The position numbers and the translations under genes are program-made. The notes under the pieces were generated by a model. That model was not told the origin of the DNA. It worked only from the letters and a program-made list of their open reading frames with translations, and did not search any database. A DNA stretch of 64,000 bases from the NCBI RefSeq assembly GCF_058153355.1, contig NZ_CM177019.1; one strand, given 5' to 3'. Shown here in pieces: positions 49,160 to 57,787 of the stretch (position 1 is the first letter of the stretch; each line of letters starts with the position of its first letter).

Positions 49160-51418
49160 TCAAATCAATCCTGCCAGATGGAACTCTTCATATAACCGTT
49201 TTGGCGTCAGCGGCAGTGTATTGATTGCAACACCGGTAGCCATCTTCACTGCGTTACGAATAGCAGCGGCAACAGGAATTATGGGTGGCTCACCCAGTGA
49301 CTTATGTCCGTATGCGGATTGCGGCTCATTGATTTCGACGAACGCGCTTTCCAGTTGTGGCAGATCCGGCATGGTAGGCATTTTGTAATCCAGCAGATTG
49401 GGGTTACGGACCACGCCGCTTTTCGCATCGATGATCATTTCTTCAAATAGCGCCCAGCCAATGCCCATTCCCATTCCGCCGTGTACCTGACCTTCTGCCA
49501 GCAACGGATTAAGAATATGGCCCGAATCATGAACGTTGAGGATGCGGTTGATGGTGACTTTGCACAGCGCAATATCGACAGTCAGATCAACAAAGGTACA
49601 GCCAAACGCCGGTGGGTTAGTGGTGGTTTTGATGGAGCTTTCGGCAGAGAGCTGCCCGCCGCGTTCAGGGTGGTAGAAAGCGTCCATCGCCACATCTTTT
49701 AACGACATTAACGGCTCTTCCGGTCGTTCAACCAGCACGATATGGCCTTTTATCAGGGTAAGATTCATCGCTGACTGATGTAGCATGACAGCGGCGTGAG
49801 CGATGATTTTCTCCTTTAATAACAGTGCCGCACTGCGCAGCGCAGGCGCGGCAACATAGCTCTGGCGTGAGGCAAATGCACCGGGATCGAACGGCGTAAT
49901 GTCGGTATCTTGGGTTGAAATAACGCGAACGTCGCTGACCTGAACCCCCACGGTTTCTGCTACCATTTGCGAGAAGACAGTGTCGGCCCCCTGACCGATT
50001 TCCGTCGCGCCGCTTTGCACATTGATGGTTCCATCCTGATTCATCAGAAGGCGCGCGCCTGCTATTTCTACGCCGACAGGCCAGGTGTTAGAGGTGTAGC
50101 TAAAACAGGCGACGCCAACGCCGCGGCGTAAATTGCCTTGCTGGTTCTGGCATTCTGCACGGCGTTTTTCCCATTCAAATATTTTCCGGCCTTTTTCAAG
50201 ACACTCCGGTAACCCTGCGCTGTAAATACGTTTGCCCGTGAGCGGATTAGCATCTCCTTCGCGGGCGGCGTTGCGTAAACGAATTTCAATAGGATCAATA
50301 TTTAACGCTGTCGCGGCGTCATCAAGCATTGACTCAACGGCAAATACGACTTGTGGCGCGCCATAACCGCGCATCGCTCCAGCCGAGGGGAGGTTGGTAT
50401 AAAAGGTCTTTGAACTGTAAGCGTAGGCACAACGAGGATAAAGGTAAGCGACTTTATTCCCGCCCGCAGAAGCGATGGAGTGCCCGTGAGATGCATAAGC
50501 GCCGGTGTTAGACAGAACATCCAGACTATAACCTTTCAATGTTCCGTCGCGGTTCACGCCCATTTGCCCGTCAATAGTAAAAGCGTGGCGGGTACGGGTT
50601 GCGAGGAAACACTCTTCACGGCTAAGGGAAACTTTCACCGGAATGCCGCCGAGCTTGCTGGTCAGAAATGCCGCCATTGGCTCTTCCAGTACATCCTGTT
50701 TATTACCAAAACCGCCACCGACAAACGGTTTGATGACTCGTACGCATGACCAGGGAATATCCAGCGCCTGACCAACTACGCGGCGAACAATGTGCGGGAT
50801 CTGGGTGCTGGAAACGATGGTAATTCGAGAGTCATCCTCCATCCATGCCAGCGATGTCACGCTTTCCATATGACAATGTTGAATAACGGGAGTCTGATAG
50901 TGCCCCTGCACCTGGTAATCGGCGGCATCGATTGTTTGTTGGACATTACCCGTCGACATCGAGCTTTGTTTTAGTAAATTGCCGCCGTTATGGATTGGTG
51001 CAGCATCTTCTGCCAACGCCGCTTCTGGCGTGGTGATAACGGGTAATTCTTGCCACTCAATGCTGACCAATTGCGCCGCTTTTTCTGCCGTGAGTTCATC
51101 ACGGGCCACGACGATGGCAACGGCGTCACCATGATGACGAACATGGCGAGTTAGCAGTGCGCGATCGGCGGTATCGCGCTTGTTTTCGTCAAGTGTCCAG
51201 GCATGCCCAGCTGTAGCGAATGGGATATCAGGTACATCTTCCCAGGTAAAAATTGCCAGTACGCCTGGTAAACTTCTGGCTTGTTCATCATTAATACTTA
51301 CGGCATAACCATGTGCGATAGGGCTACGTACATATTTCGCGTAACACATGCCCGCCATAACATAATCGTCAGTATATCGTGCCCGCCCAGTGACCTTAGC
51401 AATGGCATCGACGCGCAT
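49160..51418 (-). CDS. xdhA: xanthine dehydrogenase molybdenum-binding subunit (752 aa)
   Basis: ORF 49160..51457; start MRVDAIAKVTGRARYTDDY gives 752 aa. Confidence 0.92.
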   Translation of the reverse strand: MRVDAIAKVTGRARYTDDYVMAGMCYAKYVRSPIAHGYAVSINDEQARSLPGVLAIFTWEDVPDIPFATAGHAWTLDENKRDTADRALLTRHVRHHGDAVAIVVARDELTAEKAAQLVSIEWQELPVITTPEAALAEDAAPIHNGGNLLKQSSMSTGNVQQTIDAADYQVQGHYQTPVIQHCHMESVTSLAWMEDDSRITIVSSTQIPHIVRRVVGQALDIPWSCVRVIKPFVGGGFGNKQDVLEEPMAAFLTSKLGGIPVKVSLSREECFLATRTRHAFTIDGQMGVNRDGTLKGYSLDVLSNTGAYASHGHSIASAGGNKVAYLYPRCAYAYSSKTFYTNLPSAGAMRGYGAPQVVFAVESMLDDAATALNIDPIEIRLRNAAREGDANPLTGKRIYSAGLPECLEKGRKIFEWEKRRAECQNQQGNLRRGVGVACFSYTSNTWPVGVEIAGARLLMNQDGTINVQSGATEIGQGADTVFSQMVAETVGVQVSDVRVISTQDTDITPFDPGAFASRQSYVAAPALRSAALLLKEKIIAHAAVMLHQSAMNLTLIKGHIVLVERPEEPLMSLKDVAMDAFYHPERGGQLSAESSIKTTTNPPAFGCTFVDLTVDIALCKVTINRILNVHDSGHILNPLLAEGQVHGGMGMGIGWALFEEMIIDAKSGVVRNPNLLDYKMPTMPDLPQLESAFVEINEPQSAYGHKSLGEPPIIPVAAAIRNAVKMATGVAINTLPLTPKRLYEEFHLAGLI

Positions 51419-51872
51419 GCATGATTCACCCGTAGCGGTTGCTTCCCGCGCTTCCATAGAAATCCCCTCGATTTGAACATTTGGTTCTTATGGCAAAGAT
51501 TTAGTCTAAGCAGGCAAGATTTACGCCAGAAACGACGATAAACGTTAGGGGAGGAAGGAAGTGTGATGACGTTAAAAAAATACAGATACGATACGAAACA
51601 GGACTTTGAATAGGGACAGTGATACGTATCAATATGAGTGGCGATAAAATCAATGTGATAAATTAGGATTATTACGCATCAGGATGGGAAATAGGGTAAA
51701 AGAGTCAGGAACTTCGATACCACCACAGCAAATATTTTGCTTATGATACTTCCCTTTGCCAAATGAAATTAATCTCTTTCTCAATTACCTCGTTTTTCCA
51801 GAAGCGAGAGATTGGGTATCAAGAGGCTGGCTGCTATGATATGGCGTCTTGTTTTTTAAGCGAGGAAAGATT

Positions 51873-52628
51873 TTGAGTGCGGGACGCCTGAATAAAAAAT
51901 CTCTGGGTATCGTGATGTTGTTATCGATTGGACTGCTTTTGGCGGGCTGTTCGGGTTGCAAATCATCCGATACAGGAACGTATTCCGGCTCCGTTTACAC
52001 CGTGAAACGGGGGGATACGCTATATCGTATTTCGCGCACCACGGGAACCAGCGTAAAAGAACTTGCGCGACTGAACGGCATTTCACCCCCTTACACCATT
52101 GAAGTTGGTCAGAAACTAAAACTGGGTGGGGCGAAAAATAGCAGTAGTACACGTAAAGCAACCGCCAAATCAACGACCAAAACCGCATCGGTTACACCGT
52201 CATCAGCGGTACCGAAATCTTCCTGGCCGCCAGTAGGGCAACGTTGTTGGTTATGGCCAACGACAGGGAAAGTTATCATGCCGTATTCGACAGCTGATGG
52301 CGGCAATAAAGGGATTGATATCTCTGCTCCACGGGGTACACCTATTTACGCCGCGGGTGCAGGAAAGGTGGTGTATGTGGGCAACCAGCTGCGTGGCTAC
52401 GGTAATCTCATCATGATTAAACACAGTGAAGATTACATTACGGCTTACGCCCATAATGACACGATGCTGGTAAATAATGGGCAAAGCGTGAAGGCTGGGC
52501 AAAAAATCGCCACTATGGGGAGCACTGATGCGGCATCGGTTCGCCTGCATTTCCAGATTCGTTACCGTGCAACGGCAATTGATCCGCTACGTTACTTGCC
52601 GCCTCAGGGCAGCAAGCCAAAATGCTGA
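51873..52628 (+). CDS. ygeR: LysM + M23-peptidase-domain lipoprotein (251 aa, TTG start)
   Basis: Lipobox LLLAGC-SG; LysM (YTVKRGDTLYRISRTTG); M23 HxxxD/HxH region; TTG at 51873 preceded by GAGGAAAG gives the 251-aa length. Confidence 0.85.
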   Translation: MSAGRLNKKSLGIVMLLSIGLLLAGCSGCKSSDTGTYSGSVYTVKRGDTLYRISRTTGTSVKELARLNGISPPYTIEVGQKLKLGGAKNSSSTRKATAKSTTKTASVTPSSAVPKSSWPPVGQRCWLWPTTGKVIMPYSTADGGNKGIDISAPRGTPIYAAGAGKVVYVGNQLRGYGNLIMIKHSEDYITAYAHNDTMLVNNGQSVKAGQKIATMGSTDAASVRLHFQIRYRATAIDPLRYLPPQGSKPKC

Positions 52629-52706
52629 TGGCGAATTAATCAGCAGTCAGCAGCGCGGCACTTGCTAAGGAGAGCGTAAGGTTTATAATGCCTTACGCAT
52701 CTCGAA

Positions 52707-52780
52707 GCGGGCGTAGTTCAATGGTAGAACGAGAGCTTCCCAAGCTCTATACGAGGGTTCGATTCCCTTCGTCCGCTCCA
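52707..52780 (+). tRNA. glyU: tRNA-Gly (anticodon CCC)
   Basis: GCGGGCGTAGTTCAATGGTAGAACGAGAGCTTCCCAAGCTCTATACGAGGGTTCGATTCCCTTCGTCCGCTCCA: cloverleaf, anticodon loop cuuCCCaag, T-loop GGTTCGATTCC, encoded CCA. Confidence 0.95.
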
Positions 52781-52944
52781 AACAAACATTTCTCAACGTC
52801 TACTAAAGTCCATCAAACCCACGAGTATCAAGCCTTCCAGCCATTTTCATAGTTTATTAACGTCTACTCACAACTACCAGAATCTACACACAGAAGTGTA
52901 TAGTAATGCGTATAGGACAAAATTTATTTTTTGGAGCTATACAC

Positions 52945-54309
52945 ATGCTGCTTTCAGACCTTGCCATCAGGCGCGCGAAGCCGAAAGAAAAGGCTTATAC
53001 ACTCAATGACGGTAACGGGCTTTCGTTGCTCATTGAGCCGAACGGTTCGAAAGGGTGGCGACTGCGCTACAGGTTTGCAGGAAAGCCCAAAATGTTGTCG
53101 TTGGGTGTGTACCCTGATGTGTCTCTGTCTGATGCCAGGGCGGCAAGGGATGAGGCTAAAAGGCTTCTTGCTGGTGGTATAAATCCAAGTGAGGCCAGAA
53201 AAGCCCAAAAGCGAGAACAGGCGAGCAAATTTGGCAATACTTTTGAGGGTATCGCTCGCGAATGGTACGAAAAGCGGATCGACAGGTGGTCATCGTCATA
53301 CGCCGAGGAAATGATCGAGACGTTTGAAAAAGACGTTTTTCCGTACATTGGCGGTAGGCCGATCGCAGAAATTAAGCCGATGGAATTGCTGGCGGTTCTT
53401 TCCCGTCTTAATGACCGTGGTGCGACTGAAAAATTGCGTAAGGTTCGCCAGCGATGTGGCGAGGTGTTCCGGTACGCAATCATCACCGGACGCGCCGAAT
53501 ATAATCCAGCCCCTGACCTGGTGAGCGCATTTGCTCCACATAAAAAAGAGCATTACGCCTGTTTGAAGGCCGATGAACTGCCGGAATTTTTCCGCGTTTT
53601 TAATACGTACACCGGAAGCCAGATCGTCAAACTGGCAATGCGGCTATTAATTCTGACAGGTGTCAGACCCGGGGAATTACGGCAGGCAGAATGGCGGGAG
53701 ATCGATTTTGATAATCGTTTGTGGGAAGTGCCTAAAGAACGAATGAAGATGCGCCGTCCGCATTGCGTGCCATTACCAGAACAGGCGATAAAAATACTGG
53801 AGCAGTTAAAAAACATGACAGGTCAGTATCAGTTTATTTTCCCCGGTCGTATTCACCACAGTAAACCAATGAGTGAAATGGCAATGAATGTGCTCATTCG
53901 TCGTATTGGCTACGCCGGGCGCGTTACTGGTCATGGATTCCGGCACACCATGAGCACCATTTTGCATGAGCAGGGCTATAACACCGCGTGGATAGAGACA
54001 CAGCTTGCGCACGCCGATAAAAACTCAATTCGTGGCACATACAACCATGCGCAATATCTGGATGGCAGACGCGAAATGCTCCAGTGGTATGCCGACTATA
54101 TGGATTCGCTCGAGCATGGCGGAAATGTGGTGCATGGTGAGTTCGGAAAATGCGGGGGACTGGTTGAGTATACAGTAGTAGACTTTGAGCGACTAAAAAC
54201 GGCTGTGTCTAGGGTCGCTCCTGAAAACCCGTACACCTCTGCGGGCTGGCACAGCCACTATGGTAGAGGGCGCGAGGTGACGCGTGATCGATATTGCCGA
54301 ATTACTTAA
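52945..54309 (+). CDS. P4-family (tRNA-targeting) tyrosine integrase, about 454 aa
   Basis: Start MLLSDLAIRRAKPKEKAYTLNDGNGLSLLIEPNGSKGWRLRYRFAGKPKML is the classic P4-type Int N-terminus (arm-binding domain). Catalytic R..HxxR..Y region present (GHGFRHTMSTILHEQG; RGTYNHAQY). Lies 165 bp after the tRNA 3' end. Confidence 0.9.
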   Translation: MLLSDLAIRRAKPKEKAYTLNDGNGLSLLIEPNGSKGWRLRYRFAGKPKMLSLGVYPDVSLSDARAARDEAKRLLAGGINPSEARKAQKREQASKFGNTFEGIAREWYEKRIDRWSSSYAEEMIETFEKDVFPYIGGRPIAEIKPMELLAVLSRLNDRGATEKLRKVRQRCGEVFRYAIITGRAEYNPAPDLVSAFAPHKKEHYACLKADELPEFFRVFNTYTGSQIVKLAMRLLILTGVRPGELRQAEWREIDFDNRLWEVPKERMKMRRPHCVPLPEQAIKILEQLKNMTGQYQFIFPGRIHHSKPMSEMAMNVLIRRIGYAGRVTGHGFRHTMSTILHEQGYNTAWIETQLAHADKNSIRGTYNHAQYLDGRREMLQWYADYMDSLEHGGNVVHGEFGKCGGLVEYTVVDFERLKTAVSRVAPENPYTSAGWHSHYGRGREVTRDRYCRIT

Positions 54310-54604
54310 CGCAGAAAAGAATAATTTCATTAGCCTGAGAGAGTTAATAGAGCGTATTAAATTATCTCAACCGAAAGCTACTACATCCCAGATAGTAAGT
54401 TTTCTTTATCAGACGCGGCAGAAATTACCCGAATGGGTTAAGTGGGATGAAATGATGGGCATTGAGCAAACATCGGAGAATCCTTTTGATGGGGATTGGT
54501 CTTTATCAGAGGTTCTTGAAGGCATTTTAAGACTAGGCTTTGTGCCAGAGGTTGAAGATTCTGTACCCCTCGCTATCGATGATAGCGACGATATTCCGTA
54601 TTGA
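54284..54604 (+). CDS. hypothetical protein (106 aa) with SSB-like acidic C-terminal tail ...DDSDDIPY; AT-rich cargo
   Basis: GTG start at 54284 six nt after GAGGTG, overlapping the int 3' end; about 40% GC versus about 52% backbone; C-terminus LAIDDSDDIPY resembles the SSB DDDIPF tip. Confidence 0.55.
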   Translation: MIDIAELLNAEKNNFISLRELIERIKLSQPKATTSQIVSFLYQTRQKLPEWVKWDEMMGIEQTSENPFDGDWSLSEVLEGILRLGFVPEVEDSVPLAIDDSDDIPY

Positions 54605-54623
54605 TGAAGACTTAAGGTGAATT

Positions 54624-55067
54624 ATGGCAGATGAAGTTTATTTGGCTCGTGCTTGTGATAAGTATGGTTTTCGTCGAGCAGAGCTTAAAGAATTTGCTGA
54701 AAAACTAGGGGTTAATTTATTTTCCCCAATGGATGAAATAACCCAGTCCATTCCTGAGGTTGCTGCTAGTGATTCTTTGAATAATGGGCCGACTGTTGAT
54801 GAATTACGTGCGGAAATTGCTTTACTTAAAGCGCGAATTGAAGAACTTGAAAGCGAACGACCAATTCTCTTAAATAAATACAGGGATAATGATCCGCTAT
54901 ATCTGGCTATCGAGATTAGAAACAGAGAGTGGGCCAATTACGACCCGGAGAATGATCGCGCCACCAGGGGAAACCAGGGCGCGATTACTACTGAGCTTGA
55001 AAAACGAGGTTTTACCTCCCGACAGGCCGCATCTATTGAGCTTGTCGCCTGTCCTATCAAACGATGA
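54624..55067 (+). CDS. hypothetical protein (147 aa), predicted coiled-coil centre; AT-rich cargo
   Basis: ATG at 54624 with AAGGTGA RBS 6 nt upstream, 19 nt after previous stop; LRAEIALLKARIEELESER heptad-like segment. Confidence 0.55.
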   Translation: MADEVYLARACDKYGFRRAELKEFAEKLGVNLFSPMDEITQSIPEVAASDSLNNGPTVDELRAEIALLKARIEELESERPILLNKYRDNDPLYLAIEIRNREWANYDPENDRATRGNQGAITTELEKRGFTSRQAASIELVACPIKR

Positions 55068-55080
55068 AGCCTTACCCTAG

Positions 55081-55230
55081 AGGTATCTCATGTTTTGTTC
55101 GCGTCTCACCCTAAGGGTAATCAGACCTCACCCTTAGGGTATTTTTGTATGCTTTCCCATCAATTTTACTATTACCCTTAGGGTAAAAATATTCCCGATT
55201 ACCATTAGGCCTGAGGGTATGAAAATATTC
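55081..55230. promoter_or_regulatory. array of near-palindromic ACCCT(A/T)AGGGT motifs upstream of alpA (putative operator array)
   Basis: taccctagaggta (55081), caccctaagggtaat (55115), cacccttagggtat (55137), tacccttagggtaaaa (55181), cctgagggtatg (55218); spacings about 23, 43 and 36 bp. Confidence 0.55.
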
Positions 55231-55287
55231 GTTATTTCTGTGCCATGATTACCTCGTCAAATTGAGTAGACGTTATGAGGTAAATAT

Positions 55288-55485
55288 ATGTCAAATACGC
55301 TTATTCGTTTAACGGAAGTTCAGCGTAGAACTGGATATAGCAAGGCATGGATTTATCGCCTTATGGGGCAAGGTAAATTTCCTGCATCAGTTAAAATTGG
55401 CTCGCGAGCTATTGCTTTCGTTGAGAGTGAAATTGACGAGTGGATTAATCAGCGTATTGCTGAATCACGCGGAACAGCTACCTGA
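55288..55485 (+). CDS. alpA: AlpA-family phage/island transcriptional regulator (MerR-like HTH, 65 aa)
   Basis: MSNTLIRLTEVQRRTGYSKAWIYRLMGQGKFPASVKIGSRAIAFVESEIDEWI is the canonical AlpA/prophage CP4-57 regulatory protein pattern. Confidence 0.88.
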   Translation: MSNTLIRLTEVQRRTGYSKAWIYRLMGQGKFPASVKIGSRAIAFVESEIDEWINQRIAESRGTAT

Positions 55486-55563
55486 TTAAATGGCTACGGG
55501 GCCAGAAGCCCCAGCTATCCACCAGCAAATAAAAAGTAACTTAATTCGATAGCAGGAGTTTTT

Positions 55564-56364
55564 ATGAAATTTCCAAAAACGCCCATACAGGGGCAGGGCT
55601 TCGTTCGGCTTGAAAACCAGAATCTGCAAAATTTTGGCAAAATTATCCCGGTTATTTCCGGCGTTATTGGCGGGCGTGAAACCAATATTGTTAGCGCCAG
55701 AGCGTTGCATAAGGCGCTCGGGGTAGGCCGTGATTTCACAACCTGGATTAAAGTACGCATTGATGAGTACGGATTTAAAAAGGGCGTGGATTTTGAATTC
55801 GTAGAAAATTTGACCTCCCCCAATCCGGTGAGCGCAAAATCTCGCCAACGTATAGAGCACGACTACCTGAGCACTATCAACATGGCGAAAGAACTGGCGA
55901 TGGTCGAACGCACCGAACAGGGCCGCGCCGTTCGTCAGTATTTCATCAAATGCGAGGAGGAGCTACACAAGGTAGCGCCTGTGCGTTCCGCAGCGTTACG
56001 CCGGGAACTGAAAGCCCGTATCACTGTTGCCAGCTACTTTAAGCCAATGTGCGCCGCGCTGGAGGCGTACCGGGCAGAACTGGGTAAAAACACTCTACAG
56101 CACCACTACACCACGGAAGCTAATATGCTGGCGCGTATCGTGCTGGGTGGCATGACTGCAAAACAGTGGGCACTGGCGAACGGCATCACAAGCGAACCAC
56201 GCGACCACATGAGCACGTTGCAGCTTGAGCACCTTTCTTACCTTGAGCAGAGCAATATCACGCTGATTGAGTTAGGCCAGGACTACCACCAGCGGAAAGC
56301 TGAATTAATTCGTCTTTCGCAGCGCTGGTTAGCCCGTCGCATGGAGGAAAACAACCATGTGTAA
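55564..56364 (+). CDS. AntA/AntB-type antirepressor-like protein (266 aa)
   Basis: N-terminal segment SARALHKALGVGRDFTTWIKVRIDEYGFKKGVDFEF fits the AntA domain consensus (..L...L.....F..WIK.RI.EYGF..G.DF). Confidence 0.7.
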   Translation: MKFPKTPIQGQGFVRLENQNLQNFGKIIPVISGVIGGRETNIVSARALHKALGVGRDFTTWIKVRIDEYGFKKGVDFEFVENLTSPNPVSAKSRQRIEHDYLSTINMAKELAMVERTEQGRAVRQYFIKCEEELHKVAPVRSAALRRELKARITVASYFKPMCAALEAYRAELGKNTLQHHYTTEANMLARIVLGGMTAKQWALANGITSEPRDHMSTLQLEHLSYLEQSNITLIELGQDYHQRKAELIRLSQRWLARRMEENNHV

Positions 56365-57018
56365 CGCTCTGACCGTTACAAAAAGAGAAAGCGCCCCGTT
56401 GCCGGAGCGCCTTTGTGAACGAATAGCCTACTGCGCCATATTGCTTACTGTCTACGAGGCAGATTATAGCGTTGTGGTCGCACAGAGTGAAGGCACTGAT
56501 CACCGTTACTACAGCACGCCAGAAATGCAGAATATTTTGCTGCAAAATGCCGCTGGCCACGCTGTCCGGAAAGCAAAAAATTTTGCTGGTGGCGCGACTG
56601 ATACGATTTTTTCTGGTCGCCAGGTGCTGATCAATCTGATGTCTGATTTCGTTCTGGATAAAACAAAGGCGACCGCAGAGGGCCACCAGTGGGAAAGCTA
56701 CACACTTGAACACATCGCCAACAATGCCAGATTTGCGGCTGGTGGGCAATGTGATCAGTGTGTTGGCTTGCTGGTGGGCTGTTCGTCTGGTTCAGTCCGT
56801 TGCCATGCATGGAGTGAACGCATTTTCCAGGAATACTCTTTGAGGTACTTCTCAAGAGCAAACGCACACGGGGCGAATCTCTCCGGTTCATGTTCGTTTA
56901 CCGCATTTTTGCGTTGTTTTTTCCTGGATGAGGATAATTTCTTTAATGATTTGTCAGTCATCGTATATACCTGTAACCCTGTGCGCCACAGTTCACTGCA
57001 CCACGGCGCTGATGGTGA

Positions 57019-57198
57019 TTACTCTGATTCTTTGGCCTTGCGGCGCTGGCGGCGTTTGATCTCACCTTCAAGTGCCGAAACGATAAATTGTCCAGTGCTT
57101 TCGCCTTCTTCCTTTAAACTTTCTACAGCGTCAGCTATTGCATGGGGTACTCGTGCCTCAAGTTTTTTTGATTTTCCATTAACTGCTTTCGTTGCCAT
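57019..57198 (-). CDS. ribbon-helix-helix (Arc/MetJ/CopG-like) small DNA-binding protein, 59 aa
   Basis: MATKAVNGKSKKLEARVPHAIADAVESLKEEGESTGQFIVSALEGEIKRRQRRKAKESE: beta-strand K-L-E-A-R-V followed by two helices, classic RHH layout; AAGGGA RBS; divergent from the rightward operon. Confidence 0.65.
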   Translation of the reverse strand: MATKAVNGKSKKLEARVPHAIADAVESLKEEGESTGQFIVSALEGEIKRRQRRKAKESE

Positions 57199-57218
57199 AT
57201 CTGATTCCCTTGTTATTA

Positions 57219-57299
57219 GGTGGCTGACAGTATACACACAAGAAAATGGAAAAACACTATTGACGTGGCTGACACCTGTTACTAGTATAGTGGCTGACA
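57219..57299. promoter_or_regulatory. divergent control region: three direct repeats GTGGCTGACA (57220, 57265, 57290) overlapping a sigma70-like promoter TTGACG-17-TAGTAT reading rightward
   Basis: Motifs read directly; repeat 2 abuts the -35 hexamer (57260-57265) and repeat 3 lies 2 nt after the -10 (57283-57288). Confidence 0.55.
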
Positions 57300-57787
57300 C
57301 CTTTATTAAGGTAATCGATGAAAAGACAAAGCCCGCAGGCGCTACCAACACCAACGGGCTTCTAACCACCAACGATAGAAAGCGTATCGAGGTAGCTATG
57401 TTAAATCATACCACACACCCGCAAGGGCGGGACTCGCACAACCTGAATAAAGCGGGGGTAAAAAACCAGTTGATCGCCACTGCCAGCCAGGGCTATGATT
57501 TATCTGCACCAGCAAAATCTGGTGCCCGGATTGGCGTCCTGAAAATTCTGAAGGCGACATATGACGCGCCGAGCGTCTTTTTTTATGTCGTAGGTCTGAC
57601 TCACCCATTTTTTGGGCGTTGGTGTATAATCCAGCGCCTTTGTCAATCAATGGTGGCTCAGGCGGGGGCTTCTTCGGAAGCGCCGGTATCCTTCAGAGCC
57701 GGTTACGCCAACCCTGTCTGGGCTACCACCAGCGAAATTGGCGTTTCCGGTGGTAGCGTAACCTGCTATCTGAAGGAGGCTGCCGAC

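Noticed and set aside
56258-56961. Minus-strand ORFs 56258..56749 (163 aa) and 56755..56961 (68 aa) as a second and third gene after the RHH gene
   Set aside because: The 163-aa product is Cys/Phe rich and not protein-like. The 68-aa ORF is conceivable (weak RBS), but it overlaps the open plus frame and I could not find independent support, so it is left uncalled.
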